In this document: piece after piece, positions 55,420 through 64,000 of the stretch | Numbering within the stretch: position 1 is the first letter of the stretch | Layout of the letters: every line of letters begins with the position of its first letter | Assembly: GCA_964492965.1 (NCBI GenBank) | Contig: CAZBME010000001.1 | Coordinates: forward strand, 43,382 to 107,381 | Origin: an uncultured Syntrophaceae bacterium | GTDB taxonomy: Bacteria; Desulfobacterota; Syntrophia; Syntrophales; UBA8958 | Direction of reading: 5' to 3' | DNA length: 64,000 nucleotides | Notes under the pieces: generated by a model | Seen by the model: the letters and a program-made list of their open reading frames with translations, nothing else | The model's database searches: none | What the model was told of the DNA's origin: nothing | Translations under genes and position numbers: made by a program

Positions 55420-57105
55420 ATGTTTTTACCGACAACGGCAGAAGAGCTTAAATCACTTGGATGGGAGAGGCCTGACATCATACTGATTACAGGGGATGCC
55501 TATATCGACAGCCCCAACATCGGCGTCTCCGTCATTGGTCAATACCTCCTGCGGCATGGCTTTAAAACGGCCATCATCGCGCAACCTTCTACCAACAATG
55601 GGCATGACATCAAACGACTTGGCGAACCAGGGTTATTCTGGGGCGTGACGGCCGGCTCCATCGATTCCATGGTCGCCAATTATACCGCCCTCAACAAATC
55701 ACGGCATCAGGACGATTATACACCCGGAGGCATCAACATACGGCCGAACCGCGCCACGATTGCATACACCAATCTGATCAGGCAATATTTCAAGAATACA
55801 GCACCGATTATTCTCGGCGGTATCGAGGCAAGCCTGCGACGCATCGCCCATTATGATTACTGGGATGATGCCATTCGGCGCAGCATCCTCTTTGATGCAA
55901 AAGCAGACATTCTGGTCTATGGCATGGCCGAAAAAACCGTGGTGGAGCTTGCTCTGGCCATTAAGGCCGGTTCAGACTGGAAGCGGATCAAAGGACTTTG
56001 CTATATTTCCAATACCCCTACTGAAGGCGATCACCTTCACTTACCCTCTTTTGAAGAGGTTTCAATCCGGAAAGACGCCTTCCGCCGCATGACCGCCTTA
56101 TTCCACAAACATGCCGAAAATACGTCCACAGGTTTTATCCAGGGCCATGGCGACCGCTATCTGATTCATAACCCAACCAATGTCCCCCTGACAACCTCAG
56201 AATTGGATATGATTTATGGGCTTGATTTTGAAAGGGATGCACACCCGTATTACAAAACCGGGGAAATACGGGCGCTTGAAACGATCAAACAGTCAATCAC
56301 CGCCCATAGAGGATGTTTCGGACAATGTCATTTTTGCGCCATTGCCGTTCATCAGGGGAGAAGCATTGTTTCCAGAAGCCCGAGATCCATCATGGGTGAA
56401 GTGCTCAAGATCATGGAGAAATCATGGTTCAACGGGATTATTAGCGACGTGGGCGGCCCAACAGCCAACATGTTCGGTACATCATGCCTCAAGGAATGGG
56501 CCTGCAAGGAAAAGCGTTGCCTCGTGCCAAAACCTTGCCCGAATCTGAAGTTCGGCCATCAGGCACAGATGACGCTTCTGCGAAACATAAGAAGCATTCC
56601 CGGTATAAAGAAGGTTTTTGTGGCATCAGGCATACGGCCGGATCTTGTCATGGCGGACAAGGAAGCCGGGAAACGTTACATTGAAGAACTGGTCCGGTAC
56701 CATGTCTCCGGTCAAATCAAGCTGGCACCGGAACATTCGGAATTTGAAGTCCTGGGCTTGATGAACAAACCTTCCCTCAAATCATTACTTCAATTCAAAA
56801 CCCTGTTTGAAGGGTCCTGCAACACTGCCGGCAAACGCTATTTCATGACCTATTATCTGATTGCCGCGCATCCGGGCTGCACCGCGACGCATATGCAGCG
56901 GCTGAAAGTCTTTTTGATATCCGAATTGAGAGCAACGCCTGAACAAATTCAGATCTTCACCCCCGTTCCGTCAACCATCTCGTCGACAATGTACTATTGT
57001 GAAACCGATATGGAAGGCAATCGCATCTTCTGCGAGAAAAGCCTTTCGGGAATGCAAAAGCAAAAAAATATCCTGACGAAGATTGCCGGGGGAAGGCGTT
57101 ATTAA
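55420..57105 (+). CDS. ygiQ: YgiQ-family (UPF0313) radical SAM protein
   Basis: 561 aa. MFLPTTAEELKSLGWERPDIILITGDAYIDSP is the typical N-terminus, and the radical SAM site is HRGCFGQCHFCAI. Confidence 0.85.
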   Translation: MFLPTTAEELKSLGWERPDIILITGDAYIDSPNIGVSVIGQYLLRHGFKTAIIAQPSTNNGHDIKRLGEPGLFWGVTAGSIDSMVANYTALNKSRHQDDYTPGGINIRPNRATIAYTNLIRQYFKNTAPIILGGIEASLRRIAHYDYWDDAIRRSILFDAKADILVYGMAEKTVVELALAIKAGSDWKRIKGLCYISNTPTEGDHLHLPSFEEVSIRKDAFRRMTALFHKHAENTSTGFIQGHGDRYLIHNPTNVPLTTSELDMIYGLDFERDAHPYYKTGEIRALETIKQSITAHRGCFGQCHFCAIAVHQGRSIVSRSPRSIMGEVLKIMEKSWFNGIISDVGGPTANMFGTSCLKEWACKEKRCLVPKPCPNLKFGHQAQMTLLRNIRSIPGIKKVFVASGIRPDLVMADKEAGKRYIEELVRYHVSGQIKLAPEHSEFEVLGLMNKPSLKSLLQFKTLFEGSCNTAGKRYFMTYYLIAAHPGCTATHMQRLKVFLISELRATPEQIQIFTPVPSTISSTMYYCETDMEGNRIFCEKSLSGMQKQKNILTKIAGGRRY

Positions 57106-57175
57106 TGCAGTGATCCTGAGGATAAGGACTGCGGGGACCCATTAACTTGGGTTCTGTGTTAATCGGCAAGGCTGT

Positions 57176-59320
57176 TTAAACGAATCCCGGGCTGATTGCG
57201 GGCGCCTGCCTCACCTTGATCAGTTCATCCTTGATAGCCAGACCGATTTTTTCCAGGCGATAGGGTTTCCGGACATAGGCACCGGCACCAAGCATCTGGG
57301 TTTTTTTTACCCGTTCCGTCTCTGAAAAACCGCTGACAATGATAGCTTTCTGACCGGGCGATATTTCAAGAATTCGTTCATACGTTTCGAGACCGTCAAT
57401 GCCCGGGTCCATGATCATATCCAAAAGGACAAGATCGACTTTTTGAGATTGCAGAAAGGCAATGGCGTCGATACCGCTCGAAACGGCATGGACATTGTAT
57501 CCCAGTTGCGACAACAGCGTGGAAGCAACATCCCGTTGCTCAATAACATCATCCACAACCAGTATTGACTGCCCCTGCCCCATATATTGATCAATGGATA
57601 CCTCTCCATGAGATTCCCTGGATGCTTCAATGGTCACTGGAAAATAGATCGTGAAGGTGCTTCCTTTTCCTACCTCGCTTCTGACATCGATGTAGCCGCG
57701 ATGATCCTTTACGGTACCCCATACAACCGCCAGCCCAAGTCCTGTACCGCTTTTGCCCATAACCTTCTTCGTATAAAACGGTTCAAATATCTTGTCGATA
57801 TCCTTCTGTGAAATGCCGCCGCCGTTGTCGGAGACGCTCAGGACCACATAATCGCCTTCCTCCACAACATCGTATCCCCGGAGAGGGACGTCAAGATAAC
57901 GGAACTCCGTAGATATGATTATTTCACCCTTCCCTGAAAGGGATTCCACGGCATTGGACAAGAGGTTCATGATCATCTTGGATAAATGCACCGGAGATCC
58001 CTTCATATTCATGAGTTCGTGATCGAGATTTACGGTTAACCGAAAGTCGGGATGGAACTGGTTGAGCTTTTCATGTTCGGGTGTCTTGAGGTAATCCAAA
58101 ATAATATCGTTGAGATTAACCACATGAGGATCAAAAATACCTCGCCTGGCCAACGTGAGGAGATCTTCGACGATGGCGGCAGCCTTCTCTCCGGATTTTT
58201 GAATGGTCAGGATGGATTTCCGGAGTGGACTATCCTTGGGGATCTGCATTAACAGCAGTTCGGGATAACTCACCAGACCTCCCAATACATTGTTCAGGTC
58301 ATGGGCAACACCGCCCGCCAGGAACCCCAGGGCCTCCATTTTTTCTGCTCTTTTCAAGCGTGCTTCGAGAGCGTGCTTCTCTTCTTCCGCCCGTTTACGC
58401 ATTGAAATATCGCGGTTATAGACGACTGCACCAATAAATCGCCCGTCATTATCGTAAATAGCCTTTTCTTTCCGCCAGACAGGGATTGATTCCCCTCTGG
58501 CCGTGATCAGTTCGATTTCACCTTCCCAATAGCCTTGCTGCCTAAGAATTGAATAATGATTGGTAAACGCCATGCGGCTTTTCTCCGAGAAATAATCGGT
58601 AGAATGATTTCCCAGAAGGTGATCGTCCTTATAACCCAATATCCTTTTCTGGGCATCATTGCTGTCCAGAATGCTGCCCGCAGCGTCCAGCACTTCCACG
58701 CCATCCGGTGCAGCTTCAAATAGAACCCGATAGTTATCGATTCTTTCCAGGTTGGAACTGATCTCTCTGATGGTCCTGTATAATTCGAAACTCTCGATGG
58801 CATTGGCACTGTTCTGTATGATGATGGACATCAAGGACAAGGCCGCATTCATAATACTCGTTTCTTCCGGATACAGCAGGCCGACACACATGCCCCGAAT
58901 CCGGGTTGTAGTGGCCATCACGTGCAGCATTATTTTTGAATGGTCGGTTGCAGATAAAAAGATGGGCCGTTTATCCCTTAACGCCCAGGCAAATGAACCG
59001 TCGTCGATGAAGCTGTCGACCACATTCTGCATGAGGGGGCGATAATCTTCTGAATCGATCTTCTTCAGGATAAAGTCATTGCTGTCTTCATCAACCAGAA
59101 AAAATGCAATGGATTCGAATGGAATCAACCGTTTTATTCTGGCGCTTGTTTCTTCAAGAATCGTTGAAACATCCCGGAGCTTACTGATACTTTCCTGAAA
59201 ATCTCCCAGAGATGCGGCTAATTCTAGGGCATCAACGACGAAGCGTTGGACATCTTCAAGATGTTGGACACGTTTCTCAAGATAGGCCTTGGTATTATTT
59301 TTTTTGCTGAGATTTGTCAT
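57176..59320 (-). CDS. Hybrid sensor histidine kinase/response regulator (GAF-like, PAS, HisKA, HATPase, REC)
   Basis: 714 aa. H-box GGVAHDLNNVLGG, ATPase boxes NLLSNAVES, DNGGGI and GTGLGLAVV, and receiver domain ILVVDD...DLVLLDMIMDPGIDG. Confidence 0.85.
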   Translation of the reverse strand: MTNLSKKNNTKAYLEKRVQHLEDVQRFVVDALELAASLGDFQESISKLRDVSTILEETSARIKRLIPFESIAFFLVDEDSNDFILKKIDSEDYRPLMQNVVDSFIDDGSFAWALRDKRPIFLSATDHSKIMLHVMATTTRIRGMCVGLLYPEETSIMNAALSLMSIIIQNSANAIESFELYRTIREISSNLERIDNYRVLFEAAPDGVEVLDAAGSILDSNDAQKRILGYKDDHLLGNHSTDYFSEKSRMAFTNHYSILRQQGYWEGEIELITARGESIPVWRKEKAIYDNDGRFIGAVVYNRDISMRKRAEEEKHALEARLKRAEKMEALGFLAGGVAHDLNNVLGGLVSYPELLLMQIPKDSPLRKSILTIQKSGEKAAAIVEDLLTLARRGIFDPHVVNLNDIILDYLKTPEHEKLNQFHPDFRLTVNLDHELMNMKGSPVHLSKMIMNLLSNAVESLSGKGEIIISTEFRYLDVPLRGYDVVEEGDYVVLSVSDNGGGISQKDIDKIFEPFYTKKVMGKSGTGLGLAVVWGTVKDHRGYIDVRSEVGKGSTFTIYFPVTIEASRESHGEVSIDQYMGQGQSILVVDDVIEQRDVASTLLSQLGYNVHAVSSGIDAIAFLQSQKVDLVLLDMIMDPGIDGLETYERILEISPGQKAIIVSGFSETERVKKTQMLGAGAYVRKPYRLEKIGLAIKDELIKVRQAPAISPGFV

Positions 59321-60563
59321 CAGTATAAATCAGCTCAAAAATATCTTCCAGTTGACGATCTGCTTGCTCCATGGTCAATGACAAGACATTAGGGGACAGG
59401 CCGATCTGCATCCATGCCTCGCTGTTCAAAGAGGGAATAAGCTTTTCACCGCTCGTACCGATTCCCATGACATTGGCCAATATATCCGCCAGATGAAGAA
59501 TGGATGCTTCCAGCTTATTATTTGATTTTAGGGGATGGTGATGATTTTTTACCGCTTCCTCAAGCGACAGGGGCATTTGCCATTTTGTAAGCAGTTCGCC
59601 ACCTATCATGGCATGGTCCAGGCCAAAGAGATCCTGCTCCGAAAGATAGAGAAACTGATTTTCAGTCCTGGCCTTTGTCACGGCATAAAGGGCTTCTTTC
59701 GGCATGTCGTTATACAAAACCAGGCGTCCGATATCATGGAGAAGCCCAACCACGAACATACGTTCCGTATTCTGGATATTTTTGTAGCTGGCCAGAATTC
59801 TCGCGCAGATGCCGCAAAGGATACTGTGTCGCCAGAAAAGTTTCATGTTAATGATATCGGGTGGAATGTTCTTAAACATACTGATGACGTTTACACCGAT
59901 CGCCAAGGTGCTCAATTGCTTGATTCCTATAATGTTGACGGCTCGGGACAGGGTGTCAATCTGAGATGGATAACCGTAGAAAGCACTGTTTACAATCTTT
60001 AAAAGCCGTGCAGCGAGATTGATGTCTTTACTGATGACGCTTTCGATGTCGTAGGCCGAACTGCTGGGTTTGGAAATGGCATCGAGAATCTGTCTGTAGA
60101 TTTCCGGCAACGACGAAAGTTTTGTGTCTTCACCAATAAAGTATTCGGGATTTTTTATTAACGGTTTCTGCTTTTCGATCGCTTCGACTTCTTCATCAAA
60201 CCAGAAAACGCTTTTGTAATTATCCCGATCCATTTTCACCCCTGCGGCAATCCGCTTTACACAGAGGCGGAATAGTTCCTGTATCGCCGGATGCTCCATA
60301 TCGTTATGGATGAAGCGCTTATTAACAGATTCGACGACGACAGCGATTGCGGTGTTATCAAATTCATTCAATGGGGGAGTCTTGATGTCGCTTTTGGACA
60401 CCCCTTCAACCCAGGCTTCGATGATACCCCACATTTTGCATATTTTCAGGCTTTTCTCTGTCAGAACGGTGCCCCTGGTCATCAGCAATCTACCGCTCCG
60501 ATCTTTCAGGTCTTCCGCCAGCACCATATTAGCCTGCAGATCTTTTATGCCGATTACATCCAT
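59295..60563 (-). CDS. HDOD-domain signalling protein with a DUF3391-like N-terminal domain
   Basis: 422 aa. The HDOD/HD-like core contains GLLHDIGRLVL and HHHP. The N-terminus IGIKDLQANMVLAEDL...LLMTRGTVLTEKSLKICKMWGI resembles the N-domain seen on HD-GYP proteins. It overlaps the kinase gene by 26 nt. Confidence 0.7.
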   Translation of the reverse strand: MDVIGIKDLQANMVLAEDLKDRSGRLLMTRGTVLTEKSLKICKMWGIIEAWVEGVSKSDIKTPPLNEFDNTAIAVVVESVNKRFIHNDMEHPAIQELFRLCVKRIAAGVKMDRDNYKSVFWFDEEVEAIEKQKPLIKNPEYFIGEDTKLSSLPEIYRQILDAISKPSSSAYDIESVISKDINLAARLLKIVNSAFYGYPSQIDTLSRAVNIIGIKQLSTLAIGVNVISMFKNIPPDIINMKLFWRHSILCGICARILASYKNIQNTERMFVVGLLHDIGRLVLYNDMPKEALYAVTKARTENQFLYLSEQDLFGLDHAMIGGELLTKWQMPLSLEEAVKNHHHPLKSNNKLEASILHLADILANVMGIGTSGEKLIPSLNSEAWMQIGLSPNVLSLTMEQADRQLEDIFELIYTDDKSQQKK

Positions 60564-60705
60564 ATAATCAATATTTAGTCCCTTTAACCTTATGAATAAT
60601 TTCCTATCACTTTGTTATATCGGCAGATAAGGTGCCGAACTTGAGTTATAAATTATGGAGCAGACCGCCCCGGGAAGGCATAAACAACCATCAACCTTCT
60701 ATGCG

Positions 60706-61020
60706 TTATTTCTTTCGCGATTTCATTATGATATTTGCCCCGATCACGATGAGTAATACGGGCATAAAGTATTTCCACATGGCTTCAAGCCGTATTTGCA
60801 TTCCTTCCATAAAGAGAAACAGGACGCCCACGGCGAGGATAATCCATCCACCAAGATCCCTGACACGCTGAATAAGCGTGCCAAGGGCAATGACGATCAA
60901 GAGGATAGGCCAACTTTTGCTAAAGGCGAAGATATGGGTGTTACTCAGGATAATCAAAACACCTAAGGCAACCAGGATCATTCCGCCTGTCAGGATGTGC
61001 ATTTTCTCTTTCTTTTCCAA
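60706..61020 (-). CDS. Small four-TM membrane protein, hypothetical
   Basis: 104 aa and very hydrophobic. It lies downstream of the SPFH gene on the same strand. Confidence 0.5.
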   Translation of the reverse strand: MEKKEKMHILTGGMILVALGVLIILSNTHIFAFSKSWPILLIVIALGTLIQRVRDLGGWIILAVGVLFLFMEGMQIRLEAMWKYFMPVLLIVIGANIIMKSRKK

Positions 61021-61100
61021 TGCTGTTTTTCCTCCCTTTCAAGGGTTATTCTCATCGGGTCACCATCCTGGACATGAATATCTCAAGGACGTTTGCGGTT

Positions 61101-61844
61101 TTATCCCTTGTTTAAAAATGGTTTGAACAGGTCGATCGGTATAGGGAAAACGATCGTTGAATTATTTTCCGCAGCAATCTGATTCAAGGTCTGGAGATAG
61201 CGTAACTGGAGAGACATGGGCTGTGTCTCCATCAGGGCCGCCGCTTCAATCAGCTTTTGTGCCGCCTGGAATTCGCCTGCTGCATTGATGACCTTTGCCC
61301 GCCTCTCCCTTTCAGCTTCCGCTTGTTTTGCCATGGCACGTTTCATCTCTTCAGGAAGATCGATGTGCTTCACCTCGACCAGGGAAACCTTGATTCCCCA
61401 GGGGTCGGTACTCCTGTCCAGTATCTCCTGGAGCTGAAGATTGATTTTTTCTCTCTCAGAGAGGATCTCATCCAGTTCCACCTGCCCGCAGACACTCCTC
61501 AGTGTCGTCTGGGCCAATTGGGAGGTCGCATACAGAAAGTTTTCCACCTCCGTTACGGCCAGATTCGCATCCATCACCCGGAAATAAACAACGGCATTTA
61601 CTTTGATAGATACGTTATCGCGGGTAATGACATCCTGGGGCGGTACATCCATGGTAATGGTCCTCATATCTACCTTGACCATTTTATCGATGATGGGTAT
61701 CAGGATAATCAGGCCGGGCCCTTTCATATCGATGATCCTTCCCAGGCGGAAGACGACGGCCCGTTCATATTCATTCAAAATTCTGATGGCCGACGCGAAA
61801 AACATGATGACGAAAAAAAGTAAGACTAAAAGAGTGTACGGCAT
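61101..61844 (-). CDS. SPFH/Band 7 (stomatin-like) protein
   Basis: 247 aa. An N-terminal TM helix, then [33 protein letters not shown] and an A/E-rich coiled region. Confidence 0.9.
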   Translation of the reverse strand: MPYTLLVLLFFVIMFFASAIRILNEYERAVVFRLGRIIDMKGPGLIILIPIIDKMVKVDMRTITMDVPPQDVITRDNVSIKVNAVVYFRVMDANLAVTEVENFLYATSQLAQTTLRSVCGQVELDEILSEREKINLQLQEILDRSTDPWGIKVSLVEVKHIDLPEEMKRAMAKQAEAERERRAKVINAAGEFQAAQKLIEAAALMETQPMSLQLRYLQTLNQIAAENNSTIVFPIPIDLFKPFLNKG

Positions 61845-61888
61845 TTTTTCTCCTTTCTAGTTCTCAATCATTGAAACGGTTTATCCCG

Positions 61889-63193
61889 CTATGATTTAAT
61901 CTCTTCCACTTTCACCAAAAGCCCATCAACACCAACAACTTTTATCCTTGAACCTTCTTTGATGAATTTATCGCTCATGGCATGCCAGTATTCCCCTTTA
62001 ACGAAAACCTTGCCGGTTTCACCGATATCCGTAATGGATGTCCCTTCTTTGTTAATCATTCCCTCTTTTCCCGTATGGCGTTTCCTTAATTGCGCCCTGA
62101 CGACCAGCATGATGATTCCGACAAAGAAAAGGGAAATGACGACCAGGGTTGGTATCATAACTTGATAAGAAACCCGCATGGCCGGATCGGGAGAATCAAA
62201 CAGCATAAGCGAGCCGATAAAAAGGGAAACAATACCGCCGACGGTGAGAATACCATGGCTGATAACCTTCATCTCGGCAATAAACAAAATTATGGCAAAA
62301 AGAATGAGCAAAACGCCGGCATAATTGACAGGCAGCGTTTGCATGGCGAAGAAGGCCATAATCAGAGATATCCCGCCGACCACTCCCGGCAGAATGACTC
62401 CAGGATGGGAAAATTCGAAATAGAGCCCGGCCAAACCAAGGAGAAAAAGGATGTAGGCAATATTCGGATCGCTCAGAGCGGCCAGGATACGTTGCCTTGA
62501 CCCCATTTTCTTCTCATGAATAATGGCGCCGGCCGTCTTTAACACTTTCTTCTGATCACCGATGAGGACTTCCTTCCCGTCTGCTTTGGCAAGCAGATTC
62601 TGAACATCGGTAGCGATGAAATCGACCACCTTTCCCACAACCGCTTCTTCAGCCGTGATGGATTCACTTTTCCGGACGGCCTTCTCAACCCAATCCTCAC
62701 TGCGCCCCCTCTTGTTGGCAATCCCCCGGACATAAGCGGCAGCGTCGTTTTCCACTTTCTTCATCATGGTTTTATCACCACCGCCGCCAAAACCAAGAGC
62801 CACGGGATGAGCCGCTCCAATATTCGTTCCCGGCGCCATGGCGGCCACATGGGCGGCCACGGTAATAATAACGCCTGCCGAAGCGGCCCTTGCGCCCGAA
62901 GGATAAACGAATACAAAAACGGGGATGGGAGCATTCAGAATACCCTTGGCGATATCACGCATCGCCAGATCGAGGCCTCCCGGCGTATCAAGAAGGATCA
63001 CCAGACCCTGACGGCCCTCCCTGTTAGCTTCCTGAATGTTCTGGAGGATATATTCTGCAATCGGCGGGGTGATGGCGCCATTGATGGTAATGAGGTTATA
63101 AGCAGGATTCTCCTTCCCGGCTATAGCTGCCTGAGGGGAGAAAAAAACCAGCAACACTACTATACTCATGGCTATTCGGAATTTAAGACACAT
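61889..63193 (-). CDS. NfeD-family membrane-bound ClpP-class serine protease
   Basis: 434 aa. A ClpP-like N-domain (LLDTPGGLDLAMRDI, GARAASAG), a TM bundle, and a C-terminal OB domain (GKVFVKGEYWHA). It lies upstream of its usual SPFH partner. Confidence 0.85.
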   Translation of the reverse strand: MCLKFRIAMSIVVLLVFFSPQAAIAGKENPAYNLITINGAITPPIAEYILQNIQEANREGRQGLVILLDTPGGLDLAMRDIAKGILNAPIPVFVFVYPSGARAASAGVIITVAAHVAAMAPGTNIGAAHPVALGFGGGGDKTMMKKVENDAAAYVRGIANKRGRSEDWVEKAVRKSESITAEEAVVGKVVDFIATDVQNLLAKADGKEVLIGDQKKVLKTAGAIIHEKKMGSRQRILAALSDPNIAYILFLLGLAGLYFEFSHPGVILPGVVGGISLIMAFFAMQTLPVNYAGVLLILFAIILFIAEMKVISHGILTVGGIVSLFIGSLMLFDSPDPAMRVSYQVMIPTLVVISLFFVGIIMLVVRAQLRKRHTGKEGMINKEGTSITDIGETGKVFVKGEYWHAMSDKFIKEGSRIKVVGVDGLLVKVEEIKS

Positions 63194-63926
63194 GGGCGTC
63201 CTCCCCTCCGACCGCCTGGAGCCTTTTCATGATCATTTGCATATCTTCCCAGACCTGTTTCTTCGCAGCCGGATTTCTTAGGAGGTAAGCCGGATGATAA
63301 GTCGGCATCAAATCAATCCCCTGGTACTGTTGAAAGCGCCCCCGCAAAGCCGTAATGGGCGTTTCAGATTTCAAGAGGGTATGAGCGGCAAAGGTCCCCA
63401 AAGCACATATTACCTTGGGCCTTATGGTTGAAAGCTGCTTGATCAGGAATGGTTCACATGCACCAATTTCGTCCGGTTTGGGATTGCGATTGCCCGGCGG
63501 TCGGCACTTGAGAATATTGCAAATATACACATCCTTGCGCTCAAGTTTCATGGCCTCGATAATCCGCGTCAATAGTTGCCCCGCCCGGCCGACAAATGGA
63601 CGGCCCTGGGCATCTTCATCCGCACCTGGGGCTTCTCCTACAAAGACAAGTGTCGCAGAAGGATGACCTTCGCCAAAGACGATGGATTTCCTTTCCGCAT
63701 GAAGAGGACATCTTTGGCATTCGCCCAATTCTATTCTCACGTCTTCAAGAGATGATGCTATATTCTCCGAAGGTTTTAATTCGCCAGTTGAGGAACCGAC
63801 ATCCATATGAATCAGTCTTCTTTGCAGAATGGGAAATTCATCCAGAACATCAACATGGCAGCGTAACGATCGGACCAGATGGAGGAACTCCCAACGCTCA
63901 TCATCCATTGACACGGTATCATTCAT
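63183..63926 (-). CDS. Uracil-DNA glycosylase, family 4
   Basis: 247 aa. CQRCPL (Fe-S Cys), GEGHPSATLVFVGEAPGADEDAQGRPFVGRAGQLL and YHPAYLLRNP. Confidence 0.9.
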   Translation of the reverse strand: MNDTVSMDDERWEFLHLVRSLRCHVDVLDEFPILQRRLIHMDVGSSTGELKPSENIASSLEDVRIELGECQRCPLHAERKSIVFGEGHPSATLVFVGEAPGADEDAQGRPFVGRAGQLLTRIIEAMKLERKDVYICNILKCRPPGNRNPKPDEIGACEPFLIKQLSTIRPKVICALGTFAAHTLLKSETPITALRGRFQQYQGIDLMPTYHPAYLLRNPAAKKQVWEDMQMIMKRLQAVGGEDAHVS

Positions 63927-64000
63927 GCCTATTGCCCCGAAACAGCCTTACACGGTTGAGAATCTGATCCGCCACATCAAGCTTGTCCATCATGGGAAGG
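63919..64000 (-). CDS. 3' end of an unidentified gene running off the right edge
   Basis: This is the only reverse frame open across the last 82 nt (...LPMMDKLDVADQILNRVRLFRGNRHE*). It overlaps the UDG start by 8 nt. No family can be called. Confidence 0.3.
   Translation of the reverse strand, partial: LPMMDKLDVADQILNRVRLFRGNRHE

Noticed and set aside
1-64000. Searched by eye for CRISPR arrays, rRNA/tRNA genes, IS elements, integrases and long direct or inverted repeats
   Set aside because: I found no regularly spaced repeats, no tRNA-like cloverleaf candidates, and no transposase, integrase or recombinase-like ORFs. Short repeats could still have escaped manual reading, so a computational repeat, tRNAscan or Rfam scan would be needed to be certain.

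Overview
This is a 64-kb chromosomal window with about 60 genes. Coding DNA has mid-range GC, and there are two strikingly A/T-dominated intergenic blocks. The gene content includes hybrid PAS histidine kinases with an AHDFNNIL-type H-box, a stand-alone EF-G paralog, a glutaredoxin-like/FTR-like pair, acyl-CoA ligase and enoyl-CoA hydratase, HDOD and RRM proteins. This suggests a Gram-negative anaerobe of the Desulfobacterota (deltaproteobacterial, Syntrophus/Smithella-like) type, but that is inference only. Layout: (1) 2.8-12.8 kb, minus strand: a lipid A / L-Ara4N modification super-operon. It holds arnT-arnB-arnC, a split arnA (formyltransferase and decarboxylase genes) and arnD, preceded by a second GT-C glycosyltransferase, a PAP2 phosphatase and a GT9 transferase. 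(2) 13-18 kb: a Fur-family regulator with a hybrid kinase, an enoyl-CoA hydratase, and lptF-lptG. (3) 18.2-26.2 kb: an accessory island. It has a 715-bp non-coding leader carrying a TGTCCG/CGGACA palindrome array and an orphan ParB-like gene. These are followed by an archaic SCPU/Csu-type chaperone-usher pilus operon bracketed by very AT-rich DNA. (4) 26-41 kb: housekeeping genes (ahcY, panD-panC, a redox pair, rfbC, ADH, an EamA transporter, EF-G, HU, an RRM protein, Csp). (5) 42-50 kb: the Pho regulon (phoB, pstSCAB-phoU-phoR) with a phased Pho-box array. (6) 50-53 kb: a MinD/ParA-type ATPase with two HPD-less J-like proteins, one carrying a RodZ-like HTH and one a TM helix plus SPOR domain. 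(7) 53-64 kb: an MCP gene remnant, prfC, ygiQ, an HDOD/hybrid kinase pair, NfeD/SPFH, and UDG family 4. I recognised no rRNA, tRNA, CRISPR array, transposase or integrase. The best candidate for an undescribed system is a small inner-membrane protein between the pilus chaperone and usher genes. Its N-terminus carries a near-perfect tandem 24-residue MshEN-type c-di-GMP binding motif, which suggests direct second-messenger control of a chaperone-usher pilus.
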